From positions 2,379-66,378 of the forward strand of contig JBDREN010000049.1 in NCBI GenBank assembly GCA_043819795.1: 64,000 nucleotides of DNA, read 5' to 3'. Below the pieces are notes generated by a model, which saw only the letters and a list, made by a program, of their open reading frames with translations, did not search any database and was not told where the DNA came from. The stretch is from Elusimicrobiota bacterium. Its GTDB lineage: Bacteria > Elusimicrobiota > Elusimicrobia > UBA1565. Each line of letters opens with the position of its first letter. Position 1 is the stretch's first letter. Below, in pieces: positions 18,831 to 28,616 of the stretch. The position numbers and the translations under genes are program-made.

Positions 18831-19823
18831 TCACTTCCATCTGGCGCGCCAGCCCCGGGCGTCTATATGGACGAAGGGCGGGTGGCCGGGGTTTCTACGG
18901 TAGCGCGCCAGGCCGCCCGTCAGGCGGCTCAAGACCGGCTTCCCGAACAGCTCGTCGACCAGGCGGTGAAGGACGTCCGCGTCCCTCCAGTCGGACCTGC
19001 CGTCTCCGTTGAGATCGTCCATGTCGCCGTCTTTCGGCGACTGGTCGACGAAGATGTCCGCGCCCCCGCCCCAGAGATGCCTGCTGTGCTTGACCCGGCC
19101 GATCGCGCGGTTGTGGTGGGGGGTGCGGTAGCCGCTCATGATGTGGAAGGTGTCGGCCCGGTGCCCCTTTTTGTTGAGGGCTTCGAGCAGGAGCTCGAGC
19201 TTGAGCAATAGACGCTCCCGCAGCACGAGGTACTTGGGGAAACCGGACTTCTGCTTGCAGAGGAACTGTCCGAGCGAGAAGTGCGGCGAGACGGGGCGCG
19301 CCATGTTCTCGGCGGTCACCTCCACGAAGCCCGCGGGGGGCTTGTAGATGGGAAGGCCCCGGAAAGGCTTGGCCGGATACTCCCCGATGCGGTATCCGTT
19401 CAGGACTCCTTTGCTGACGCGTGAGTAAGGGACCATCACGAAGGCGTTCAGGAGGATGTCGTCCCCGGACTTCACGCGCGACACGCGGAGCGCGAAGGAG
19501 CCGTGCGTCGATGGGGCCTTCCAGACCCACTTCCGCGGCTCTTTGCGGACCACGTCCCCGGCCTCCGCCCACAGCGTGAACTCCTGCGCGTCCTCCCCGT
19601 CCAGCGCCTCGACGTCCAGACTCTCTCCCGGCAGCACGAATACCGCGAAGACCCGGTATGGGACCGGCTCGCCTTTGACCCTGACCACGAACCCGGCCCG
19701 GCCCGGATCGAAGGGGGGATCGGAGCCGGCCGAGATCGGCGCAGGACGAGACAGGGATGCGAGGACGCATACGACAGGCAGAAGCGGAAGCAGCCGCGAG
19801 CTTCGGCCGAGGCGGATGCTCAT
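18831..19823 (-). CDS. Peptidase M15-like / DUF882 (YcbK/MepK-like murein endopeptidase family)
   Basis: Signal peptide. SGYRTPHHNRAIGRVKHSRHLWGGGADI matches the YcbK/DUF882 zinc-peptidase core. Confidence 0.7.
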   Translation of the reverse strand: MSIRLGRSSRLLPLLPVVCVLASLSRPAPISAGSDPPFDPGRAGFVVRVKGEPVPYRVFAVFVLPGESLDVEALDGEDAQEFTLWAEAGDVVRKEPRKWVWKAPSTHGSFALRVSRVKSGDDILLNAFVMVPYSRVSKGVLNGYRIGEYPAKPFRGLPIYKPPAGFVEVTAENMARPVSPHFSLGQFLCKQKSGFPKYLVLRERLLLKLELLLEALNKKGHRADTFHIMSGYRTPHHNRAIGRVKHSRHLWGGGADIFVDQSPKDGDMDDLNGDGRSDWRDADVLHRLVDELFGKPVLSRLTGGLARYRRNPGHPPFVHIDARGWRARWK

Positions 19824-21487
19824 GGCTCAGGCGGCGTCGAGAGTAGAGCCAGCGCGACGGCTTCGTCCCGTTCGTAGACGTCGCGCCGGAAGTGGACCGC
19901 GCCATCGCCTTCGGCCCACGCGGTCCAGTAGAGGAGATGGACCGGTATGGGCCGTGGAAGCCGCACCGTCCGCTCCTCGCCGGCCTCGATGGCGGCAAGG
20001 ATGCTCTCGCGGCTCCACGCGGGATCGTCCTCGAGCGCCCGCACGGCGAGCTCCAGGGGTCTCTCCACGCGGATGCAGCCCGAGCTGAACGTGCGCGTCC
20101 CTTCGGCGAACAGGCGTCTATCCGGCGTGTCGTGCAGGTAGACGCTGAACTCGTTCGGGAGCATGAATTTGATGCGGCCGAGGGCGTTGAGCGGGCCGGG
20201 CTCCTGCACGAGGCGGTACGGGAAGTCCTCCTCATTGAGGGAGGCCCAGCCGACGGAGTCCGGGTCCACCTCCACCGTCTCGCCCCCGCGGCTTTCATAG
20301 ACCCGCATCCGTTGGCGCTTCAGATAGCGAGGATCCCTTTGGATCTCCGGGAGCTTGTCCGCCACCGCGATGCTGCGCGGGACGTTCCATGAGGGGTTGA
20401 GCACCAGGTACGTCATCCTGTCGCTGAACATGGGAGTGCGCCGGTAGGCGCGGCCGATGATGACGCTCATCCTCAGCGCCTCACGGCCGTCTTCCTGCAT
20501 GCGCAGGCTGAAATCCGGGACATTGACCAGGATGTGCCGGTCCCCGAAGTCCTGCGGCATCCATCGCCACCGCTCCATGTTCACGACGATCTGCTGCGCC
20601 CGGCGCGCCGGGGATACGTTGATCTCCGCGATCGTCCGGGCGCCCGCCACCCCGTCCGCGTCGAGCCCGTGGCGCGCTTGGAAGCGGCGGACCGCCCGTT
20701 CCAGCTCTTCGTCATACAGTTCCGGCGCGGCCGTGCCGGTCCGCTCGATGTCGCCCAAGACCGCCAGCCTGCGGCGCAGCAGAGCGACCGCCGCCCGGCG
20801 GGCGCCGGGGCGCAGGACGGGCGCGGAGGGGATGGCCGTCCACTTGGTCCGCGAGCCCAGACTCCGGTAATGCGCCAGAGCCTCGCGCAGCTTCCAGTAT
20901 CCCGGATCCCTCGGCAGAAGGCCTCTAAGGGCGGCGGAGACCTCCCCCGACGCGAGCGCGTCCTCGAGCACCCTCTCGACGTCGCCTTCCCGCCCGTGGA
21001 CATGCCACTCGGCGTCCAGGGACTGCGGGTTCAGCCGGCCGGACAGGAGGTGCGACGCGTAGACCAGAAAGGCGTCCGTCATGAGGATGTCCGCTTCGGC
21101 CGCCATGTCCCGTGCCCGAGGGGATGCCGGGAGATTTTCGGGCGGCAAAGCCTCGATGGCGCTCAGGTGGTAGTCCTCGGGACGCAGCCCTTCCCGATCC
21201 GCATCGCGCAGGGCCGCGAGCAGCCGGCGTCCGCCCGCATTGAGGCCTCCCTCGGCGACCCACGCCGGCAGGAAGCCTCGCCGCTCATAGAAGGCGGGCA
21301 GGGCAAGCCTGGCGTGCACGCGCTCGTGCCGGGAGGATATCCTCGCGGGCAGGCCCGCGGTCTCGATACGGCGCCTTATCCCCTCGGCGACGCGCTGCTC
21401 CCGATCCGCCTGGGCGGCGGCCGGGACGCGGATCGCGCAGAGCGCGCCGAGGCACAGGCCGGCGAGGATGGCGCGGCGGCGCCCCAT
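19820..21487 (-). CDS. L,D-transpeptidase, YcbB/LdtD-like (PG-binding domain plus YkuD catalytic domain)
   Basis: RFQARHGLDADGVAG (PG_binding_1), YkuD-type catalytic region ...HDTPDRRLF..GTRTFSSGCIRVERP. Start set at ATG 21487 (MGRRRAILAGLCLGALCA); the track ORF extends to 21556. Confidence 0.75.
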   Translation of the reverse strand: MGRRRAILAGLCLGALCAIRVPAAAQADREQRVAEGIRRRIETAGLPARISSRHERVHARLALPAFYERRGFLPAWVAEGGLNAGGRRLLAALRDADREGLRPEDYHLSAIEALPPENLPASPRARDMAAEADILMTDAFLVYASHLLSGRLNPQSLDAEWHVHGREGDVERVLEDALASGEVSAALRGLLPRDPGYWKLREALAHYRSLGSRTKWTAIPSAPVLRPGARRAAVALLRRRLAVLGDIERTGTAAPELYDEELERAVRRFQARHGLDADGVAGARTIAEINVSPARRAQQIVVNMERWRWMPQDFGDRHILVNVPDFSLRMQEDGREALRMSVIIGRAYRRTPMFSDRMTYLVLNPSWNVPRSIAVADKLPEIQRDPRYLKRQRMRVYESRGGETVEVDPDSVGWASLNEEDFPYRLVQEPGPLNALGRIKFMLPNEFSVYLHDTPDRRLFAEGTRTFSSGCIRVERPLELAVRALEDDPAWSRESILAAIEAGEERTVRLPRPIPVHLLYWTAWAEGDGAVHFRRDVYERDEAVALALLSTPPEP

Positions 21488-21593
21488 CTTCGAGGAGATC
21501 CCGGGGCAGGGAAGACGCCGCCGCCCGTCGGCGGGGTCACTGCGCGCGGCGGGCATGGCTCCTTTTGGGCCTCCGGATCACGCCGCCGGCGGC

Positions 21594-21977
21594 TCAGGAG
21601 GCGGATCGGGGCTTGAGCAAAAACTCGATCCGTGTCGTCAGATCGGCCGGGGAGAACGGCTTGGTGATCCAGGAGTCGCACCCGGCTGAGAGCCCTTTGA
21701 TGTATTCCTCGTCGTCGTGGAGCGCGGTCAAAAACAGGATGGGGATGTCCCGGCTCGACGCCCTGGCCCGGAGCTGCCGGCAGACGGATATGCCGTCCGG
21801 CCCCGGCATCATGACGTCGAGGATGATGAGGTCGGGCTCGAAATCCGAGACCGCCTCGTCGATGTCGTCCGCCATGTCGAGCGTGCTGACATCGTAGCGT
21901 CTTCCCAGGCATTCCTGGAGCATCGCGCGGACGCCGGGGTCGTCGTCCACGGCAAGTATTCTCTGTTTTGTCGCCAC
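21594..21977 (-). CDS. Single-domain response regulator (CheY-like receiver)
   Basis: ILAVDDDPGVR...DLIILDVMMPG..DG...ITKPF receiver signature. Confidence 0.8.
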   Translation of the reverse strand: MATKQRILAVDDDPGVRAMLQECLGRRYDVSTLDMADDIDEAVSDFEPDLIILDVMMPGPDGISVCRQLRARASSRDIPILFLTALHDDEEYIKGLSAGCDSWITKPFSPADLTTRIEFLLKPRSAS

Positions 21978-22144
21978 CGGGTGAGGACCTCCTCTCTGGA
22001 TATGTATACTACGGGGAGCTCAGAAGAAAGTTCCCGAAGGCGGGGCCCGAAAGCGACCAGGAGAGGGGCCCGTCGGGAAAGCGATGCCGGGAGGGGCCCA
22101 TGCCGGATAGGCGCTCCGCCCGTCTTGGAGAGGGAGATTAAGAC

Positions 22145-22687
22145 ATGGAAGCCGTAAACGCTTTGTTCGCCGGGCCGTGGGGACCCCTCATCATCTTCGC
22201 GCTCCGCATCTGCGACGTGTCGATCGCGACCATCCGGATGCTATTGATGATGCGGAGCGCGAAAATGATCGTGCCGATCCTCGCGTTCTTCGAGATCCTC
22301 ATCTGGATATTCGCGATAGGCAGCGCCATCAAGAACCTCAACAGCCCCTGGCATATCCTGGGCTACGCCGGAGGCTTCGCCACAGGGACCGTCGTGGGGA
22401 TGTGGATCGAGGAGAAGCTCGCCTACGGCTATGCCACGGCCCGCTTCATCTCGAAGAAATCCGGAGCCGAGCTGGGCGCGATCCTCAGGGAGAGGGGGTT
22501 CGGCGTCACCGAGCTCTCGGGCCGGGGCCGCGAGGGCGAGGTGGCCGTCTTCGTCAGCGTTGTCCGGCGCAAAGAGCTTGAGGACCTCGTAGCGGCGGCT
22601 CAGCAGGCGGACCCGGACATCTTCGTGACGGTCGAGGAAACGCGGTCGATCGCCCGGGGATGGCTGTTTCCCAGGAGACGGAAGTAA
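22145..22687 (+). CDS. UPF0316 / DUF2179 family membrane protein
   Basis: Closely resembles B. subtilis YebE-type UPF0316 proteins (N-terminal 3-TM region plus C-terminal soluble domain). Confidence 0.65.
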   Translation: MEAVNALFAGPWGPLIIFALRICDVSIATIRMLLMMRSAKMIVPILAFFEILIWIFAIGSAIKNLNSPWHILGYAGGFATGTVVGMWIEEKLAYGYATARFISKKSGAELGAILRERGFGVTELSGRGREGEVAVFVSVVRRKELEDLVAAAQQADPDIFVTVEETRSIARGWLFPRRRK

Positions 22688-22893
22688 CGCGTGAAGGCGG
22701 TGAGGAAAGGGCGAATGCCTCTCAGGCTCGGGAACTATCTTGCCGGCGCTCCGTAATGTAAGGGACGACATATGAGGGCCGTTGCCGTGGCGAGAACAGC
22801 GGGGATACTGTCCGCGGGGGAGCGCTCCGATATGGGTGCGGCTCTCCCGCTGAGCCTCGCCGGGCGCTACGGGCGCGGCTGGTCCGGGACAAG

Positions 22894-24000
22894 ATGACGG
22901 ACCCCGGCCAGCCGGCGCAGGGCGACCCCGCCGCCTTCAACCCCCTCGACGGGGCCGAGGGGGATCCTTCCGTCTTCTGGGAGGAGGTCGCCGGACTCCG
23001 GAGAGTGGCCGCGGATCGCGCCGAGCCGCTGGAGCGCCGCCTCGAAGCCTTCGAGGACATTATGGAGTCCGAGGTCGGGGACACGTCGTTCTTGCGCGCC
23101 CGCAAGCTGGAGAGCGAGTTCTCCCTGCGCCAGATCTACCTCAAGTTCGAGGGGGGCAACCCCACCGGCACGCAGAAGGACCGCATCGCTTTCTCCCAGG
23201 TGCTCGACGCCATGCGCCGGGGCTTCGACGCCATCACCCTCGCCACCTGCGGGAACTACGGCGTCGCGGCCGCCCTCGCCGCCTCCATGTGCCGGCTGCG
23301 CTGCATCGTGTACGTCCCGGAGACCTACCGCCCGAGCCGGCTGGGCGAGATCCAGGATCTCGGCGCGGAGGTCGTGCGCGCCGGCGGGGACTACGAGGCG
23401 GCGGTGGCCCTTTCCAGCGAGCGCGCCGCCAAGGAGGAGCTCTACGACGCCAATCCAGGAGGCCAGAACACCCTGCTCCAGCTGCGGGCCTACGGGGAGA
23501 TCTCCTATGAGATCTACGACGAGCTGCGCGACGCTCCCGCCGCCGTGGCCGTGCCCGTGTCCAACGGCACCACCCTCGCCGGGATCTACAAGGGCTTCCT
23601 GAGCCTTTACCGCCGGGGCAAGACCTCCCGGATGCCCAGGCTCGTGGCCGGCTCGGCTTTCAACAAGAATCCCATCGTCCTGGCCTTCCGGAGGGGCAGG
23701 CCCGTCTGCGAGGACCTTCCTCCCCATGTGGTCCGGGAGTCCCGGGTCAACGAGCCGCTGATCAACTGGCATTCCAGCGACGGCGACCACGCGCTGGAAG
23801 CCCTCAGGAAGAGCCATGGCTGGGCGCACAACGCCACGGACCGGATGATGACCGACTTCTGCCGCCTGCTCCGCGAGAAGGAGGGCTACCACGTGCTGCC
23901 CGCCTCCACCGCGGGCCTCATCGCCCTGCTGGAGAGGAACAAAAGCGAGCGGCTCCCGAGCGACCGCTACGTGGCCGTCCTGACGGGTAAGAAGGCATGA
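22894..24000 (+). CDS. PLP-dependent enzyme of the tryptophan-synthase-beta / threonine-synthase-like fold
   Basis: IYLKFEGGNPTGTQKDR (PLP-lysine motif, compare NPTGSFKDR), a glycine-rich loop and ~368 aa. Confidence 0.7.
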   Translation: MTDPGQPAQGDPAAFNPLDGAEGDPSVFWEEVAGLRRVAADRAEPLERRLEAFEDIMESEVGDTSFLRARKLESEFSLRQIYLKFEGGNPTGTQKDRIAFSQVLDAMRRGFDAITLATCGNYGVAAALAASMCRLRCIVYVPETYRPSRLGEIQDLGAEVVRAGGDYEAAVALSSERAAKEELYDANPGGQNTLLQLRAYGEISYEIYDELRDAPAAVAVPVSNGTTLAGIYKGFLSLYRRGKTSRMPRLVAGSAFNKNPIVLAFRRGRPVCEDLPPHVVRESRVNEPLINWHSSDGDHALEALRKSHGWAHNATDRMMTDFCRLLREKEGYHVLPASTAGLIALLERNKSERLPSDRYVAVLTGKKA

Positions 24001-25091
24001 CCGGGTTTCCCGAGGGCCGCGCGGTCGTCTACTGCCAGGGAGCCTTCGCCACCCCCAACGGGAAGACGGCGCACGGGCTGGTCCGCTTCACGCGGCGCTA
24101 CGAGGTCCTCTCCGTCGTGGACGGTTCCTGCGCGGGGCGGGACGCCGGCGTGGTGCTGGACGGCAGGCATCGGGGCATCCCCGTCCTGGCGACCCTGGAG
24201 GAGGCCCTGAAGCACGGCAAAGACGCCGGCCGGCCGGCCACCCACCTGGTGGTCGGGCTCGCGCCCGACGGAGGCCGCCTGCCCCCTTCCGCCAAAGATG
24301 ACATGGCGGCGGCCATCCGGGCCGGGCTGCACGTGGACAGCGGGCTGCACGACTTCCTGAGCGAGGACCCGCTGCTGAGCCGGCTGGCCGCGGAGCGGGG
24401 GGTGCGGATCCGCGACGTGCGCAAGCCCCCGTCGCGCAACGAGCTGAGCTCCTTCAGCGGCCGCATCCGCCAAGTCCGCGCCCCGCGGCTCGCGGTGCTC
24501 GGCACGGACTCGGCGCTCGGCAAACGCACGACAGCCGTGCTCCTGACGGAGGCCCTCCGGGGGCTCGGCTGCAACGCGGAGTTCATCGGGACGGGGCAGA
24601 CGTCGTGGCTGCAGGGGGCGCGCCACTGCATCGTGCTGGATTCCATCATCAACGATTTCGTCGCGGGGGAGATCGAGCGCGTCGTCTGCCTCGCGGACGA
24701 GCGCGAGAACCCCGACGTGATCGTCATCGAGGGCCAGGGCAGCCTGCTCAACCCCGCCTATCCGGGGGGCTTCGAGATACTGGCCGCCGCGCGTCCGGAG
24801 CTGATCGTCCTGCAGCACGCCCCGGCCAGGACGCACTACGACGGCTTCCCGGACTGTCCGATGGACCCGCTCGACCGGCAGATCCAGGCGGTCGAGCTCA
24901 TCGGCAGGAGGCCGCCGGCGGCGATCACGCTCAACCACGAGGGATTGGACGAAGGCCGGATCCCGGCCGTCTGCGAGGATATCTCCCGGAGGACCGGCCT
25001 CCCCGTGTTCGACGTCCTGCTCCAGGGCGCGCAGCCGCTCGCCCGGAGGATCCTCTCCGAAGCCAAGTCGCTATGCCGGCCGTCCGCATGA
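23997..25091 (+). CDS. DUF1611 family protein (Rossmann-like N-domain plus P-loop-containing C-domain), function unknown
   Basis: Overall DUF1611 architecture with GTDSALGKRTT P-loop-like motif. Overlaps the upstream stop by 4 nt. Confidence 0.55.
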   Translation: MTGFPEGRAVVYCQGAFATPNGKTAHGLVRFTRRYEVLSVVDGSCAGRDAGVVLDGRHRGIPVLATLEEALKHGKDAGRPATHLVVGLAPDGGRLPPSAKDDMAAAIRAGLHVDSGLHDFLSEDPLLSRLAAERGVRIRDVRKPPSRNELSSFSGRIRQVRAPRLAVLGTDSALGKRTTAVLLTEALRGLGCNAEFIGTGQTSWLQGARHCIVLDSIINDFVAGEIERVVCLADERENPDVIVIEGQGSLLNPAYPGGFEILAAARPELIVLQHAPARTHYDGFPDCPMDPLDRQIQAVELIGRRPPAAITLNHEGLDEGRIPAVCEDISRRTGLPVFDVLLQGAQPLARRILSEAKSLCRPSA

Positions 25092-25110
25092 CGGGGCAGG
25101 AGGTTTTAAG

Positions 25111-27492
25111 ATGACTTCTAGGGACGCGGCCGGCGACGCCCCTAAGCCGCGCCGCAGGGCCGGCGCCGAGCCTTCGAGCCATCTCGCCGCCCTGCTCTGT
25201 CTCGACGAGCTCCGGGTGGGCCCCCCCAGGCTCGAGCCCCGGAGACTGACGGTGCCCTATGCCGCGACCCGCGACGGCCGCGCCGAGAGCCTGGAGCTCG
25301 TCTACAAGTACGACGAGGACGTCTTCGACCCCGAGGACGAAGGCCACCGCAACCTGGCTTCCATGATCGGCGCCCAGGTGGCGCTGAACTACGGCCTGTT
25401 CTGCCGGGGCATCCGCTTCGACGGGACCTACTCGGAGGCGGACCGCCGGTTCATCGTGGAGATGGCCGAGAACACGGCGCGGGAGATCCTGGTAAAGAAG
25501 CTGCTCCAGCCGAACCCGTTCCTCGTGCCGGACTTCGCCCCGCTGCGGCCGGGGAAGCTCGATACGTACTCCCAGGCCCGAATCCGGTTCTCCTCCCCCG
25601 TGACGGGGGACCGTCAGGTGCCCTGGCAATCCTGGGAGACGAGCCACGAGCGGCTCGCGGTGCTCTCCAGCGGCGGCAAGGACAGCCTCCTGAGCTTCGG
25701 CCTGCTCCAGGAGCTCGGCCGGGAGACGCATCCCATCTTCATCAACGAGTCCGGCCGGCACTGGTTCACCGCGTTCAACGCCTTCAAGCGGTTCAAGGAG
25801 GATGTGCCCCTCACGGCCAAGGTCTGGACCAACGCGGACCAGATGTTCTCCTGGATGCTGCGGCGGCTGCCGTTCATCCGCCGGGACTTCTCCGAGGTGC
25901 GCTCCGACGACTACCCGATCCGTCTGTGGACGGTGGCCGTATTCCTGTTCGGCGCCCTTCCGCTCTTGCGCCGGCGCGGCATCGGCCGCCTCGTCATCGG
26001 CGACGAGTACGACACGACGCGCCGCAGGCGGCATCTCGGCATCCGGCACTACGACGGCCTTTTCGACCAGAGCCGCTACTTCGACAATTATGTGTCGCGC
26101 TACTTCCTGGGCAAGGGCTGGGCCGTGAGCCAGTTCTCCCTGCTGCGCCCCTTGTCCGAGCTTCTGGTCCAGAAGACGCTGGTCGAGCGCTATCCCGATC
26201 TCCAGAGGCTGCAGGTCTCCTGCCACGCCGCCCACATGCGGGAGGGGGCGGCGCGGCCCTGCGGCGGCTGCGAGAAGTGCCGCCGCGTGGTCGGGATGCT
26301 CCTGGCCGCGGACGCGGACCCCTCGCGCTGCGGCTACACCCCGGCGCAGGTCGAAAGCTGTCTCTCCCAGATGGGCAGCAAGGGCGTGCATCAGGAGGAA
26401 GCCTGCTGGCGGCACGTGCTGTTCCTGCTGCGATCCAAGGGGCTCCTCCGCCGGGAAGGGCCCCTGATCGCGCGGGCGGAGGAGAAGCCCGAGGCGCTCA
26501 GCCTGCGCTTCGACGGCGAACGCGCGCCCCTGGACGCCGTCCCCGTGGACCTGCGCCGCCCCCTCTACCGCATCCTCCTGGGCCACGCCGCGGGCGCGAT
26601 GAGGCGGGTGGAGCGGCGCTGGGCGCCCTTCGACCTGCTGGCCGACCGCGGTCTCGCGAAGACCTACCCCTTCGAGTTCGAGACCAAGCGTCAGCCGGGG
26701 GAAGGCGCTCCCCGCAGCTATCTTTACGGCGAGCTGACCTGGCCCGAGATGACGGAGAGGCTGCGGAAGGTCGACCTCGCCCTCCTCCCCGTGGGCGCGA
26801 TCGAGCAGCACGGGCCGCACCTGCCGCTCGACACCGACGCATTCGACGCCGCCTACCTGGCGAGCCGGGTCGCCGAGGCGTGCGGCAAGCCCCAGCCCCT
26901 GGTCCTTCCGGGCATCCCATACGGCGTCTCGTATCACCACGACGAATTCAAGGGCACCGTGAGCATCCGGAACGGCACGCTCTCCGGCCTCGTCTACGAC
27001 GTCGGCATGAGCCTGGCCCGCAACGGCATCCGGAAGCTCGTCATCATCAACGGCCACGGCGGGAACAGCCCGGCGCTCAACTACGCCGCGCAGATGATCA
27101 ACCGCGACGCCCGCATCTTCGTCTGCGTCGATACCGGCGAGACCAGCGACGTGGACATCAACGAGCTGATCGAGACGCCCAACGACGTGCACGCCGGCGA
27201 GATCGAGACCAGCACGGCCCTGGCGGTCCGGCCGGAGCTGGTCCGGATGCGCCTGGCCAAGCGCTCCGTCCCGAGGTTCTCCAGCCGCTATCTCGACTTC
27301 AGCTCGAAGCGCAGCATCTCCTGGCACGCCCACACCAAAAGGATCTCCGAGAGCGGCGTGATGGGCGACCCCACGCGCGCGAGCCGGGAGAAGGGCCGGC
27401 GTATCTGGGAGATCATGGTCGCCCACCTGGTCAACCTGGTGGAGGAGCTGAAATCCTTGAGCCTCGAAGAGATATGCCAGCGCCGCTACTGA
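25111..27492 (+). CDS. Fusion protein: N-terminal domain, PP-loop ATP pyrophosphatase (SGGKDS; QueC/Dph6-like with CxxCxxC zinc motif), and C-terminal creatininase-family amidohydrolase
   Basis: PP-loop LAVLSSGGKDSLLSF at ~residue 187 and CGGCEKCRR at ~372. The C-terminal 250 aa carry creatininase signatures LLPVGAIEQHGPHLPLDTD, IINGHGGN and HAGEIETS. Confidence 0.7.
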   Translation: MTSRDAAGDAPKPRRRAGAEPSSHLAALLCLDELRVGPPRLEPRRLTVPYAATRDGRAESLELVYKYDEDVFDPEDEGHRNLASMIGAQVALNYGLFCRGIRFDGTYSEADRRFIVEMAENTAREILVKKLLQPNPFLVPDFAPLRPGKLDTYSQARIRFSSPVTGDRQVPWQSWETSHERLAVLSSGGKDSLLSFGLLQELGRETHPIFINESGRHWFTAFNAFKRFKEDVPLTAKVWTNADQMFSWMLRRLPFIRRDFSEVRSDDYPIRLWTVAVFLFGALPLLRRRGIGRLVIGDEYDTTRRRRHLGIRHYDGLFDQSRYFDNYVSRYFLGKGWAVSQFSLLRPLSELLVQKTLVERYPDLQRLQVSCHAAHMREGAARPCGGCEKCRRVVGMLLAADADPSRCGYTPAQVESCLSQMGSKGVHQEEACWRHVLFLLRSKGLLRREGPLIARAEEKPEALSLRFDGERAPLDAVPVDLRRPLYRILLGHAAGAMRRVERRWAPFDLLADRGLAKTYPFEFETKRQPGEGAPRSYLYGELTWPEMTERLRKVDLALLPVGAIEQHGPHLPLDTDAFDAAYLASRVAEACGKPQPLVLPGIPYGVSYHHDEFKGTVSIRNGTLSGLVYDVGMSLARNGIRKLVIINGHGGNSPALNYAAQMINRDARIFVCVDTGETSDVDINELIETPNDVHAGEIETSTALAVRPELVRMRLAKRSVPRFSSRYLDFSSKRSISWHAHTKRISESGVMGDPTRASREKGRRIWEIMVAHLVNLVEELKSLSLEEICQRRY

Positions 27493-27508
27493 GCCGGCCG
27501 GGGCCGCG

Positions 27509-28579
27509 ATGAGGATCGCCCGCTGCGAGGCCTGGCTCGTGGAGATGCCCCTGTCCGAGCCCTACGAGATCGCCTATGAGAAGGTCGACAAGGCTCGAAA
27601 CGTGTTCCTGCGCGTCGAGACCACCCGGGGGACCTCGGGCTTCGGCTGCGCGGCGCCGGACCCGAACATCACCGGCGAGACCGTCGAGCAGGCGCTGGCC
27701 GCTCTGCGGGACGCGGCCCCGCCCGTCCTGAAAGGGCTCGATCCCCTGCGCCCGGTCATGGTCATGGAGCGGTTCAAGGTGTCTCTTCAGGCCTTCCCCT
27801 CCGCTCGCGCTGCGATCGACATGGCGCTCCACGACATCTTGGGAAAGGAAGCGGGGCTCCCCCTGTGGAAGCTCCTGGGCGGGTTCCGTTCATCCTTCCG
27901 GACCACCGTCACGCTGGGGATCATGGGCGTCCGCGAGTCCGTCGATAGGTCCCTGGAGATGGCGGCCCGCGGCTTCAAGGCGCTGAAGATCAAGGGGGGG
28001 CTGGACGCGGAGCAGGACGTCGAGCGGCTGGTCCGTATCCGGGAAGCGGTGGGGCCCAGGATCGAGCTGCGATTCGACGCCAACCAGGGCTATACGGCCG
28101 AGCAGACGGCGCGGTTCCTCCGCCGGACGCGCCCGGTCAAGCTGGAGCTCATCGAGCAGCCCACGCCGAGCAAGGACCTCGACCAGCTGGAGCGCGCGAC
28201 CCGGATGGCCTCGATCCCCGTGATGGCCGACGAGAGCCTCATCAACCTCCGGGACGCCTTCCGCCTCGTCCGCAGGGGCATCGCGGACATGGTGAACATC
28301 AAGCTGATGAAGTGCGGCGGCATCACGGAGGCTCTCAACATCAACTCGGTGGCCAAGGCCGGGGGCTACGAGGCGATGGTCGGCTGCATGGACGAGTCGG
28401 CCCTTGCGATCGCGGCCGGCCTGGCTTTCGCCCTGTGCCGGCCGAACGTCGCCTATGCGGACCTGGACGGACACCTGGGCCTGGCGGGCGATCCGTTCGA
28501 GGGGTCGGTCGTGCTGAAGGAAGGAGTGCTCTATCCCACCGGGGCTCCGGGCCTGGGCTGCAAGGCGCCGCGGTCATGA
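27509..28579 (+). CDS. Dipeptide epimerase (L-Ala-D/L-Glu epimerase-like), enolase superfamily MR/MLE subgroup
   Basis: KxK motif (ALKIKGG), metal ligands D/E/D (RFDANQGY, ELIEQP, VMADESL) and second catalytic Lys (NIKLMKCGG). Confidence 0.8.
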   Translation: MRIARCEAWLVEMPLSEPYEIAYEKVDKARNVFLRVETTRGTSGFGCAAPDPNITGETVEQALAALRDAAPPVLKGLDPLRPVMVMERFKVSLQAFPSARAAIDMALHDILGKEAGLPLWKLLGGFRSSFRTTVTLGIMGVRESVDRSLEMAARGFKALKIKGGLDAEQDVERLVRIREAVGPRIELRFDANQGYTAEQTARFLRRTRPVKLELIEQPTPSKDLDQLERATRMASIPVMADESLINLRDAFRLVRRGIADMVNIKLMKCGGITEALNINSVAKAGGYEAMVGCMDESALAIAAGLAFALCRPNVAYADLDGHLGLAGDPFEGSVVLKEGVLYPTGAPGLGCKAPRS

Positions 28580-28616
28580 AGAAACACGACACCTCCTCCT
28601 GCCCGCGCCGCGCGGC

